Below are positions 38,990 to 50,000 of a DNA stretch of 64,000 bases, piece by piece. This stretch comes from Utricularia gibba. Taxonomy: Eukaryota > Plantae > Magnoliophyta. The notes beneath the pieces were generated by a model, which saw nothing but the letters and a program-made list of their open reading frames with translations, did not search any database and was not told the DNA's origin. The stretch covers positions 3,596,001-3,660,000 of the forward strand of contig NEEC01000002.1 of the NCBI GenBank assembly GCA_002189035.1. The letters are read 5' to 3'. Position 1 is the first letter of the stretch. The number at the start of each line of letters is the position of its first letter. The position numbers were made by a program, and so were the translations under genes.

Positions 38990-39480
38990 TATGGAACTAA
39001 AAATCACGTTGATAAAGAAAATTTGCAAAAAAAAGAATCAAACCTCAAACTAAATGTTGCAAAACATAGTAAAATAATCATACATGTAGGACTTGTGCAA
39101 GCAAAGCTTCACAATAGATCCTTAGGCTCAAATGCTCATACGCACATACTTGATTCTAAACAACAAAAGTTAATGAAAAACGAAAGAAAAGGAGTGCAAA
39201 ATATGTTGGACTTGACTCTAAACCTTAAATTGACTCTCATTTCTTTGATCCTTGGGTTCGTATTTTTATATAATGGTGATGATTTGTCAAACTTTCTTAA
39301 TAGGTTCATATCAAATCTTCTAGCCAGATCTTATAAGATGTGATGCAAATCTTCTAGAATAGGATTTAAATTTTTCAAAATAAAATACAAATTTTATCTT
39401 ATTTGAGAATATTTGACTGAGTTTTCATTCGGATATATCAAATCTTTGATTCCACCAAAGTCAACTCTGAAATTCTCCAA
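38990..39480. repeat. Decayed copy of the LTR-like repeat also present at 63.5-64 kb
   Basis: Colinear with 63505-64000, for example CACGTTG(A/G)TAAAGAAAA...AGCTTCACA...CAAAAGTT(A/G)ATGAAAAACGAAAG...TTTTTATATAATGGTG...CAAATCTTCTA. Confidence 0.85.
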
Positions 39481-41719
39481 ATTATATCAAAATTATTTTG
39501 AAAAATTAAAAAATACACTTACTTTTCAAAAAAATCAAATTGGCGTGAAGAAAATAAAATTCTTTTAAAAGAATAAGGAAAGGAAAATAAAAATAATGCA
39601 AAATCATCCTAAAAGAGTGGTAAAAATAATAAATATAAATGATAAGAAATCAATTATAAAGTTATACAAAATACGTTAATGTATAATTCTACATCTAGGT
39701 TATAATAACTAAATGACAATCTTTTCATAAAAAAATAAAAATTCAAATAAAAAAAATTATACTATTTATTATTTCTATAAAATTATTAATAGTTTCTGAA
39801 TTCAATTTTCTTTAAAATAAATAAATCTGATTCTTTTTAATATATTATAATTATTTTAAATTATATAGTGTAAATAAATAATGAAAATAATTAATACACA
39901 ACTATTGATTTTTGTACGTAAATCATTTAAGTAAATTTTCTTTTATTTTGAATAAATATACCCATTTAAAATATATTTGTAATTATTTTAAATTGTATTT
40001 ATTAATTATAAATTATTAATTTAAATAGTAATTAAATATTATTTTTTATTCAAGTGATTTAAAGTAATTCTTAAATGAAATGTTTTTATTATAATTAATA
40101 AAAATTGTTTTCAATTTTTTAGATTATAAAAAAAATCAAATTATTAAATTAATTCGAATATATTAAGAGAATAAAATTAATTGATAAAATTGTTTTACTT
40201 TTTATTATATGTGATATTTTGTAAAAAATATCCACTTGATTGATATTTACTAAATACATAATCTTGAGCATTGCCATTTCCCAAAGTGAGCCCTACCGAA
40301 TTTCAAATGATAGAATGATTGACCCTTACAACTTGTTGATATTATTTATGTTTTTAAAGTAATTGCATGATTCAAGGCATCGGTTTCGCTATTGTTTACT
40401 TAAATATTCACATTTTTCGTAATTTGAGAATTGTGATCTTCGTTTCCATTGTGTTCTGTTTTTCTACACTTTTATATATTCGGATATAATGTTTTGAAAT
40501 TCATCTAGGGTTCAAAAATTTTTACTGTAGTTTTTCGATTTGAATTTCAAGTATACACACGCTTATAAATTACGGAAAAAAGGGTATGCTTTAAATATTT
40601 GATCGAAGTAAATAAAATTTGATGTATATTTAAATTAAAATATTTTAATAAAAAGAAAAAAAAACGTAAGGTATGCCTGGTACGAGCGCTTGGTTATCTC
40701 GACAGCCCGTTGAAGAAGATACGCAAGCCGGCACTGATTTGTTGCATGGGGCTGGGCCCAAGAGTGGGTGGGAAGGAATCCTTTACTTGAATACCCAGAA
40801 GGAGAAAGAAACCGAGAAAGCAAGGGGGGAAAAGGGAGCGGAGCATGATTCCGAATTAGGGCATGCATAGGAGAAGCGGTGTCCAGCTTTTCAGAATCGC
40901 CAGTCAGCTCATGTCAAATCACCCCAGAATCCCATTGCATCACGCAAATTCTTTATGATCAATCACCACTCTCTCTCTCTCTCTCTCGCTCGCTAGGTGG
41001 AATGGAAGGAGGCCTTTACCTTCGTACAACAGCACTATCTACCCAGCCAAGGTCGCTCGCTGTTCTTGAAGTATTCCCATTTTAAAAGTAGCATCTTCAG
41101 GATCAACGGAGTTTGGATTCCGGAGACCTAAAGGAGACAGCCACTACTTTGTTCCTGTGGTGAGCAAGGAAAGAAAGAACATCGGGAGACGGGCTGTCCA
41201 TTTCTGCAGCCTTCTTTGCCTTCGGCTTGGACCGGTTCGATCACCTGGCAGCATCCGTACACCTTTTTCTCGCTGACGGATCTCCAGTTTTTTGACTTTT
41301 TTCTACATGGCCACAGACCTCTCTTCTCCTCAGCCAACCACCCCACTGAACACAACTTTAGTTTCATGTATAAAAACTTACTCGCGCCTTATTTTCCTCT
41401 CTCCAGCACACGAGACAGAGAGAAAAAAAAAAAAAAAAGTGGGGACGTGGATTACTCCACTACTTTACTTGCATGACGCATGCATCGAAAATGATTCCCC
41501 CCCCCCCTTTTTATTGCCGAGTTTTTAAAATTGAGTTCTAGATTAGGAGATAGGTCAAGCTAGAAGATGCTCTCAATTTCCGGAAAAGAAGACGTGGGTA
41601 GGTGACATTGTGTGCTCTCCTTGATCCAAATCATTACTTCTTCTGCCATAAGAGTAATAAGGGGATTCGAAAACCATAAAAATTCTTCCATGATCATAAG
41701 TTCACACAACTTTTGTGAC

Positions 41720-43970
41720 TTAGGGTTCTTTTCTAGCCGACAGGTATAATTGAAAGGTATCCATCACCTTACATATGCTGCAGCAGCAGTGAAGCGCACA
41801 AGTGGGAAAATTCCGTTTTTTAATCCCCAATCCTTCCATTCCCATCGCCATGAAGTATCTTAAGAGGTTGTCATTGCTCAACCCACCCCCAATGATTCTA
41901 TTTGGCGAAGAGTTCCTTATTATTCCTTGCTCATTTCCCAAGTACACTCCTCCTCCTCCTCCTTGATCGCTAAACGGATCAAAATAATTCTCCGTCTTAT
42001 TTTGAACCATATAATTGTTCACGCTTTCCCACTTCTCTTTGCATGCCAATGGGCTCCTTTCGTATCCAAAGCATGTCATTTTGGATGATACTTCCTTCCA
42101 CGCCATCTCTTCTGAAACTCCCCTTTGCATCTCTACTGATTTTCTTAGTTGGATCAGTTTACTGACCTCCACTTCCGACCAGAAATCGGCTTTAGTCGAG
42201 TTTGTCGGTGCCGTTTCTCCTGCAATTTTATGCAATGCGTCCATCAAAGCTGTGTCCCGAGCCTTCATCCATGCTCGTTCTCTTGCCCAAAGTTGTTGCC
42301 GTAGCTCGATTCGCGCTGCGTCTTGCTTCCTCCATCCTTCCTCCCTCAAGGTTCGCTCTTTATCCTTATCTTCAATTGCTCTCATCATCTTATCCATCCA
42401 AGCTTCTTGCTTATCTATCAGTTTCTTCATGTGGGAATCTATGAAATCTCTTATTTTTAATTTCCAACTCCTTCTAATTCCTCTATTCCTATTGTCTGAA
42501 TCACCATTCTCGGACTTCGCCCTATCATCGGACGAATTATCATCCGGGTTGTCGGAGAAGTCTGAGAGGCTTAAGCTCGTTTCCGACAGCTTCTCGTCAT
42601 CAGGATATCTTTGTTGGTTTGTAGCTTTCTTCCTGTGACTGTAATGAAAACTTCCACTGGCGTGCTGGGATTCCGATGCTGAACCTGAAATGTTTGATTC
42701 ACCATACAAGGCTTCAAGTTGCCTGAAAAACCTGTAGTGTTTGCCGTCTTGTCTCCCGGCTTTTCCTTCTTTAGTCTTCTTGTAATACTTGTACAAGTTT
42801 TGGAACTTCTCCCTACATTTCTTTCCACTCCTCTGATATCCATGCTCTTCGGACATGATCCTAGATGACATAAAATTCAACCTTGAAACTTCCAGAGCAG
42901 AGTGTGAAGAATCACATAAAAGAATGCAAAGTGGATTCCAAAGAATAAAGAAGAGCTAAAGAACCCTAATTTCATGTGATAATGACTCAATAATATGAGT
43001 AAATTGATCGTAAACAAGATTAGTTTCACAGAAATCGAGTGCAGCAAGGAGCGAATTCACTTGCTAATTACCACGAGGCAGTCCCCATCCTTGCTAGTTG
43101 CAACATCAAAACTAGTGAAATCTCTAAGCAAAAGAAAGAAACAAAAAAAAAGATTGACGAAAAAGTGGTGAACGTTATTGCTAAAGCCTCAAACAAAAGG
43201 CACTGGGGTATCTTATTCTCGGACAGACAAGGGCTGTAACAAGTTCAGAAGGTAACAAGTAAATAGAAAGTTACAGAATCTTCCGATGAGTCTTTTAACT
43301 GCCACTTCCAACTTAGCTTCTGTCATTTTCGTGTAAAAAAATGAATTTTCTAGTGGAAGAAGAGGAAGAAGAAGAAGAAGATGCATAAGATTTAGGTTAA
43401 ATTCTGCACAAGTGAAAAGCATAAACCCTTTTTCTCAACACGCGAGAAAAAAGCCTTTCTGCTTTGAATTGCGATCTTGAGGTTAGATTTCTTAGAGGAA
43501 GTAGATTCTGGGTTTCGTCCAAATCGATGGATCTAATGAAAATATTGGAGATCCAAGCGGTTTGGGAATGGTGTATTTGAGCATGAATTATTGCAGAGCG
43601 GAGCAACGAACCTTGAAACTTCATCCCACAAGGGACCCTTTTGATTGGTTTCCTTGAACTTAGAATCCAGCTTAGACCTAATCTCAAGAAGTGTAAGCGT
43701 CTCCTGCCTCGGCCACCTCCCGTTCGCGGCGTCCCCTCCTCCGCTCGGCGCCGTGATAAGAAACCCAGCACCGGACGTGGAGGCGGCGGCAGTGGGGTTG
43801 GCAGTGGTGGTGGAGGTGGCATTCAGGGAATCCGGGCGGAACATGAGCATGTCGTATGGCTGAGAAAGAGGGAAGGCGCTGAGAGTCTGCGACTGAGAGA
43901 TGGCTGGAAAGATGGACCTCCCGGCGATGAAATGACGGAGATCGGCGATGCCGTACTGATCCTCCTCCAT
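41720..43970 (-). CDS. PTL: GT-2 clade trihelix transcription factor, PETAL LOSS-like; 2 exons (43970-43612, 42860-41720), about 499 aa
   Basis: PTL-type N-terminus MEEDQYGIADLRHF. First trihelix RWPRQETLTLLEIRSKLDSKFKETNQKGPLWDEVSR|IMSEEHGYQRSGKKCREKFQNLYKYYKKTKEGKAGRQDGKHYRFFRQLEALYGE, a central coiled coil, and a second trihelix WSEVEVSKLIQLR...CKEKWE. GT-AG intron 43611-42861. Confidence 0.92.
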
Positions 43971-44181
43971 GTGAGTGGTTGTATGCGATTCGGGAAATGG
44001 AAGAAAAAGGATGCGGCAGAAGCGGGTCGTGGTCTGTGGGGAAGGGGCTTTGGATTGATTTGAAGGCCAATGGTAATGAAATGGACCCTTATCCTTCTTA
44101 TTAGTATTTTTTTTATTACTATTCTTTGATTTCTGGAAATCAGATCAAAAATTAAAAAAAAAAAAAAAAACCTTGGAGTAA

Positions 44182-44338
44182 GGGCGGGGATGGGGGGGGG
44201 GGGGGGGGGGTGGTGGTGGCCGTACCATACAGTGAATACAACCGGAGAAGGTAAGAGGCCGCGCCCTTTTCAGGCAGGCTTCATTCCAATTCCACGTAAG
44301 ATGAATGAATGAGGGGAGGGGGGAGGGTAGGGTTTGGG
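44182..44338 (+). repeat. G19 homopolymer and multi-G-tract motifs upstream of PTL (G-quadruplex-capable)
   Basis: G19 at 44192-44210, and GGGGAGGGGGGAGGGTAGGGTTTGGG at 44313-44338. Confidence 0.6.
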
Positions 44339-45593
44339 ATCCCCTTGTTCCTGAATGCCCAAATCCAACAACTGAGAAATGTGGTTTCAATTTGGTGAAG
44401 TTGGAATTCATTGCTGTTGGGTTAGGCCTAGAAAGGCATAGGTCTCAAAGTATGTTTTTATGTCATTTTCCCCGTTGGTGTGGGCAGACTCCAGAGGAGT
44501 GACCTTGTCCTCATTGACGCGACGTCTCTGGATGTAACCAAAGGCAATGGACCCATCCAACGAATCATCGCTATGATTTCAAGGGTAAAAATCCAAAACC
44601 GCTTTATTCCTCGTTGTCCGATTATTTTGGCAAAACCCATTGCACTCACATCCGCCGCGCTGCGACCCAAACCCGGGTTTCTTGCGCCTACACAAAACCT
44701 ACCACAGGCGGCTTTCCTAGGAAAATAGGAATGTCGAAGACGACAAAGAAAAGGGGGGAGGGAATATCATCGCCACGAAAATGGATCCTTCCTGCGGACC
44801 AAGGGGCTGGGCTGAGTGAGTAATAACTGCTTCTTTTTTTTTCTTTTCTTTTCTTCTGTTTAATACACTCGCTTTCGTGATAGATTTGTATGAGGAGACC
44901 ATGATCCATGTGTGGGGGGACACCCATGGGAGGAAATAAACTCTGAAAATCATCATGTCTCTAAAGCATCTATGTAGTCAATGATAAAGAGATGGTCCAT
45001 ATGTTTGAAACCAATTTTATTGTGCAGGAGCCTCATTATTGAGCGAGCCTGCATCATCATCTATCTCTCATAGCGCCAACTTGCTGGGTTAAACCTCCCA
45101 AATTCTCAAAACCTGACAATTCATCCCATGGGTTTAGGTTTACGGGAGAAAAAGAAGCAGCAGCAGCTACATCTGATACTGTTCTTGGAGAACACCAATT
45201 GACAATGCTGTCTGTTCTGTGCTCTACAGTTGACAGCTGCGTGTGGCTGGTTTCATCAGTATCGAAGGGGAGGGAGCCGGAGGGAAGCTTCAAAAAAATT
45301 ACTTTATCGCTTCCAAGTTGCATGACAAGGCACTGAACCCAAGCTTCCGACTGGCGACTGCATTGCCCCAGGTCTAACCCAGTGCACGCACCTACCTACC
45401 CCCGACCCGACGTTTGTTTGTTTGAAGGGTCTGACTTGTAATGCAATGCCATGTGGCACTGGTTTTGGTCTTCCTAAAAAATGTGATCTCGTGAACTAAC
45501 TCTCCAATGCATGGCAAGTGACTCACAAATAATACTTGAAAAGCTGAAGTTTCAGCCGCGGGCTGGTTCTTTGCAAAGCAAAAAGCAATAAAA

Positions 45594-45623
45594 GGGGAGG
45601 GGAGGGGAGGGGAGGGGAGGGGA
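45594..45623 (+). repeat. (GGGGA)6 purine-rich repeat
   Basis: Read directly. Confidence 0.85.
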
Positions 45624-46387
45624 AAGAGGTGGTGGACCAATGAGAGCCTCAATAATGGAGACCAGTTGAGAATAAAATGGATTACATGAAAATAGAATAC
45701 TGAAACTTATTACACATATCCATGAGTTGTCTCTTCCTATCCTATGTACACTGACCACTCTGTCCCCTCCCATATTCATATCTGAATGCAGACCTCATTT
45801 TATATTGTTATTCTCACATCACCCCACTTGCAAGATAAAGGAAGGGAGGGAAGAGGAACTGCACGGAGCGGCGTAGCGCCTGTTGGGACGCTGAATTTGC
45901 TCCATCCGCAGCTGCCATTTCCTCCTCCCTCCTAGGCAGGCCAGCATGAGGGGTGGGGCGGCGCGCTGTGGACCACCGCGGCGACCATCCGTAGACCTGA
46001 TCAGGTGCTGTGGAGAACACGAGATTAAAGCAGATCGCGTCGGGTTTAGGGGGATCCGCTCCTCTCACCGCCGTTGGATTGGATTCTCGTCTCGTGTTTG
46101 GATCGAGATTCGTGCTGGTTGGTTCCATGAATAAAAAAAAAAAACATTTCAAGGGAATCTATAAGAGGACCGAGTACCCATCCAATATGTTTCTAGACTT
46201 CCACGCAGGTGCCTCTGTCCTGGGCCCAGAGCTAACGTGGGCCTGCTCCAGTACCCTTTTTCGAGCAGATAAAAGGTATTTGAACGCATATCCGGAAGAA
46301 AGATGATAACCAAAAAAGAAAAAGGAAAAGGGTAACCAAGTATAACAAATTGGCAAGAAGAAGAACAAGTATAGGCTTGCGCATGCT

Positions 46388-47484
46388 TCAATTACAGGTA
46401 CTCACAACACATTCCTCTTCTACTAGCAGTTTAAAGATGGCAAGTGCAACCTCCCCTGCTATCTCTTCCACATGCTTACCATGACCTTCACCATATATCG
46501 AATCGAACACGCTCATCGCCTCGGTTATGTCGATCGTGTCCTTATCTTCTACTTCGATAAGCGTCTCCGAGCTCTGTTTCTGCTCATCATTCGTCTGCGT
46601 TGCTATGCCATCAACTCTCCCGAGGGTCGTCTCATGTCTTGCTATCCCGTTGAAGCCTGCATTGAACCTCTCTTATCACACAGAGCAATCCCCACTGAAA
46701 AAATTGGAGGGTACCTTGGGCAATGAGAAATTTACTCTTCGAATTGTTGATGTCGAGACCGTAGTTTTCATGGACAATGTCAGGAGAGAAGGGAGGTTCC
46801 AGTACTGATACAGGGCTTGTTTGTTCTTTTTCATCATCATCATCTTCTTCTTCCCTTGAATCCTTTTTGGAATTTGCAAGCTTGCAGTTGCCAGTCTCCT
46901 GCTTTATTGAAAAAGGTTGGAATCTTTTCCGAGTTGTAATGACACTGCAGATTGAAAAGGGGCAAAAACGGAAGAAGAAAGCTTTTATCAGGCTGCTTTA
47001 CCGGAGAGTCGCCGGTGTGTAAGAAGGGGCTAATGTAGAAACGTGAGATGATCACGAAATCGGCCGCATTCTCCTCTGCCATGAACTTGGAACAACCTCT
47101 CAAGATCACTTTTTTATCACTGCAGCCGGAATGCCCCTCGTCCTGGGCCACCGCCGTTTTCCATGAATCCTTTTCGCGCTTTCTATTACCTCTCAGACTT
47201 CTGAATCTCTTCAACAAGGAATCGAACAACGCAAACCCAGAGCCTCTCCTTGCTCTATACTTCTGGATCCTCATCGCAGCCTCTACGAGAGGGGACGGAA
47301 TCTGTAGAGACACACCCTCGTCGTTACTCACGGGATGCGTCTTCGCCGGCGAGTGAGATCGGCGATCGGCGATGTAGCTCCTGAGACAAAACGCCTCCTG
47401 CTCCTTCCGGAGAAGCTCATGCAACAAACTCTGTTTCCCAGCCATGCTCATTTGCGGAGAAGATGAGTAAAGCAGCGATGGCAA
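46388..47484 (-). CDS. TON1-recruiting-motif (TRM27/TRM28-like) DUF4378 protein; 3 exons (47484-47002, 46898-46715, 46656-46388), about 300-311 aa
   Basis: LLHELLRKEQEAFCLRSYIADRR, LVEAAMRIQK, FALFDSLLKR, EKEQTSPVSVLEPP and the C-terminal TIDI...EIAGEVALAIFKLLVEE match the AT5G03670/AT2G36420-type family as I recall it. The frame is continuous across two GT-AG introns (103 and 58 nt). The start may be Met at 47451. Confidence 0.8.
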
Positions 47485-49135
47485 TGCATATGAATACTAG
47501 GACGGTAGAGAATTGGAGCGGGAGCTCAAAAGGGAGTGGTAACTAACACGTGTTGTTCCTCAGACGCTGTTTTTGAATTGGAGGTATCCATTTATGGGAA
47601 AAGAAAACAGAAGGGGGCATCTGTGACAGTAAAAAATGAAGTTGGTCAAAATCAAGTGAGAGGGCGGCGGTGGAGAGATGTGGTGCCGACACATGGAGAG
47701 ACTGGGACCAAGAAGACAACACACAAATGGAGGGGGAGCGTGGATTATTCATTCATTCATCCGAGGCTGAGGCTGCCTAATAATCAGAAACACGTGCTAA
47801 ACTCAATACTTGTAATAATCGCGTAAAGTAAGTAGGCGTCGGTGTCCGACACATGTTGCGGCTGGGAGGAGGCTGAACAGAGCATGTGCGGCCGAGGGCA
47901 TCAGCCTTTGGCATTTCTGAGGCCTCACTGCCAAGTGGGTGCGTGGGCCGGTGGAGGGAAAGAGAACCGGTCCGTGGACCAGATGCCGGTGTCAATATCT
48001 CAAGGGCCTCAAAGTCGATGATTTTTTTTTCATTATTATTTCTTACTTTGGTAGATCGTAGCCGAAATGTTTTGAATTCTTATGGGAGATCTCTAACTCC
48101 AACTATCAATTTTATCATTCAGATTTCAAACTATGATAATTATCTTAGTCTAATTATAAAACACACACGTTGCTTTCAATATTTTATTTGTATTTAAACT
48201 AATTGCATTCACATGTAGTATCTAATCAATTAAAACCTGGTACCATTATCACTTAACCCATCTCAAGGCGTTTCCCGTTTCCGGGTGTGTAGGCCCGATA
48301 ATTCCGGTGGTGGGCCGGCCCATGCCACATGCCACTTCTTGAAACCTCGTCCTCTCCCCTCTGGGCCCACATGAGCCTCTCGGAATTGAAGTCTGAATGC
48401 ATTTTCCGTACGCTCCACCAACATAAAACAAAAAAAAAAAAAAATGGGAAAAGAAAAGCTCTTGCTCTCTTCTCTCTTCTCTCTCTCTCTCTACGGAACA
48501 TGAAAAGTGAATGCTGCGATAGAGTGTGAGTGAATGCGGCAGATGTGCGATTTGAGTGACGAAGAAGTATCCATCCATCCATCAATCCCTAGTTCCTTTG
48601 GAAAATACTACTTAGTAGCGGTAGCACCATGCCATGCTATGCGTGAAAGTTAGTTATAAATGGGAGGGGAGGGGAGGTGTAATGATTGTTGTTGACACCG
48701 GACACCGGACACCTCTCTCTCTCTGGCTCCCACCCATCGCCCATAGCCCATAGCACAGTTACTCAAAATGCGCTTGAAGTGGCCCCCATGGACCAGCGAC
48801 TCATTCATGACGCCACCCCCTCCCTGACACAATTATACAACTGGCGGAGAGGAGAGGAGGCCCGGGCCGGGCCAAGGGAAGGGAAGACTCCTCCGGAGTC
48901 CTCCTACATGACCATGATTCATGTCCTTGGTTGGTTGGTTGTGTTGTGTTGTGGTACACCAGAAAGCCTGGCCCTTTCCTTCTTCACGCCAACTCAAGGT
49001 GAATGAAAAGAGCCCTCGCCCACATGAGAATTGGGACGTGTGGGAGGGAGAACCAACCTCTATTATGCATACTGTGATCTGTGTATGAATCATCGTCCTA
49101 CCATGCCACTGCCTACCCTTGTTTCTTTCAACTTG

Positions 49136-49159
49136 GAGTGAGTGAGTGAGTGAGTGAGT
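49136..49159. repeat. (GAGT)6 microsatellite in the TRM/GRF divergent intergenic region
   Basis: Read directly. Further (CT)n/(GA)n tracts at about 48470-48492, 48712-48724 and 49739-49758. Confidence 0.85.
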
Positions 49160-50000
49160 GAGCGTTCCCGGGAGGGGGGACCTGAATCCTCCACCCAGTC
49201 CGAGTAAAGTATTTGTGGCTAGGGGCAGGAGGGAGAGCCCTACCTAAGCTTCCATAGGCTGCTGCCGCCCTCCGAGCCTCTTTGTGTTTCCAAAGCTGCA
49301 ACTACTGACACCTCCCCCCCAGTATTACTCACTCTCAACTACCGGGCCCGGGGCTACTCTACTCTTGATTCCCCCTTCTCTTTTCAAGGGTAAATTCGAG
49401 GTGTTGCCCCCATATCCCACTTTATCCTTCACTTCCCACTCCTAAAGCAACAGAGATGGGGGCTCTACTTTAGTTGAGCTGCACAGACGTATTTAGAGTA
49501 TACATTGTTCTTATTAGGTGTTTGTGCTAATGATTCATCATGGGTGATGACACGTTTTTCAGCACAAAAGAAAAAAAAATGGTAGGTTAAGCCAACTCTG
49601 GAAAGAAGAAACTAACATCTACTGTATTAAATTCATTCATTCCCTTGCCTTCTTTCACACATCAACCCTTGTTTTAATCATGTGGACGAGTGAGAAGAAG
49701 CTCAAGCACCTGTCTCATTCTCTTGCCTTAATACCGAATCTCTCTCTCTCTCTCTCTCTTTTTCCTCATAAATCTTGCAACAAATTTACAAGAGTCAGTT
49801 TCTCCCTCTATCTCCATCTCATTTCCACGGAAAAAAAAAAAGAGGAAAAAGCACAGACACGTACCTTCTCTCTGCGAGTTGTCGGTGACAGTTGTGTTTC
49901 AAGTTTTTTTTTCATTGTTTTGGTTACCAGGTTTCGCTTTTTCATTCCTGCGCTTTGTGTTTTCTACTGCTTATTAATTTTCTCTAACAAAAAACAAACC

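Noticed and set aside
41225-41250. GGTTCGATC B-box-like motif suggesting a tRNA or SINE
   Set aside because: No T-stem pairing, no cloverleaf and no A-box at the proper distance. No tRNA gene was found in the window.
42015-44063. Long plus-strand ORFs (207, 140 aa) and alternative minus frames over PTL
   Set aside because: Antisense or shifted-frame shadows of a GC-rich coding sequence; no recognisable domains.
44268-44290. TCAGGCAGGCTTCATTCCAA resembling miR166 (TCGGACCAGGCTTCATTCCCC)
   Set aside because: Several mismatches or a gap at both ends, and no complementary miR166* arm nearby to form a precursor hairpin.
44930-45070. ATGATGA motifs on the minus strand as possible C/D snoRNA C-boxes
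   Set aside because: No properly spaced CTGA D-box with a terminal stem, and no recognisable rRNA-guide complement.
45057-45323. Minus-strand ORF with ENLGGLTQQ, reminiscent of the start of CDC48-like AAA domains
   Set aside because: It stops right after this motif, has no Walker A/B anywhere nearby, and has no supporting exons. Kept only as part of the unexplained-island finding.
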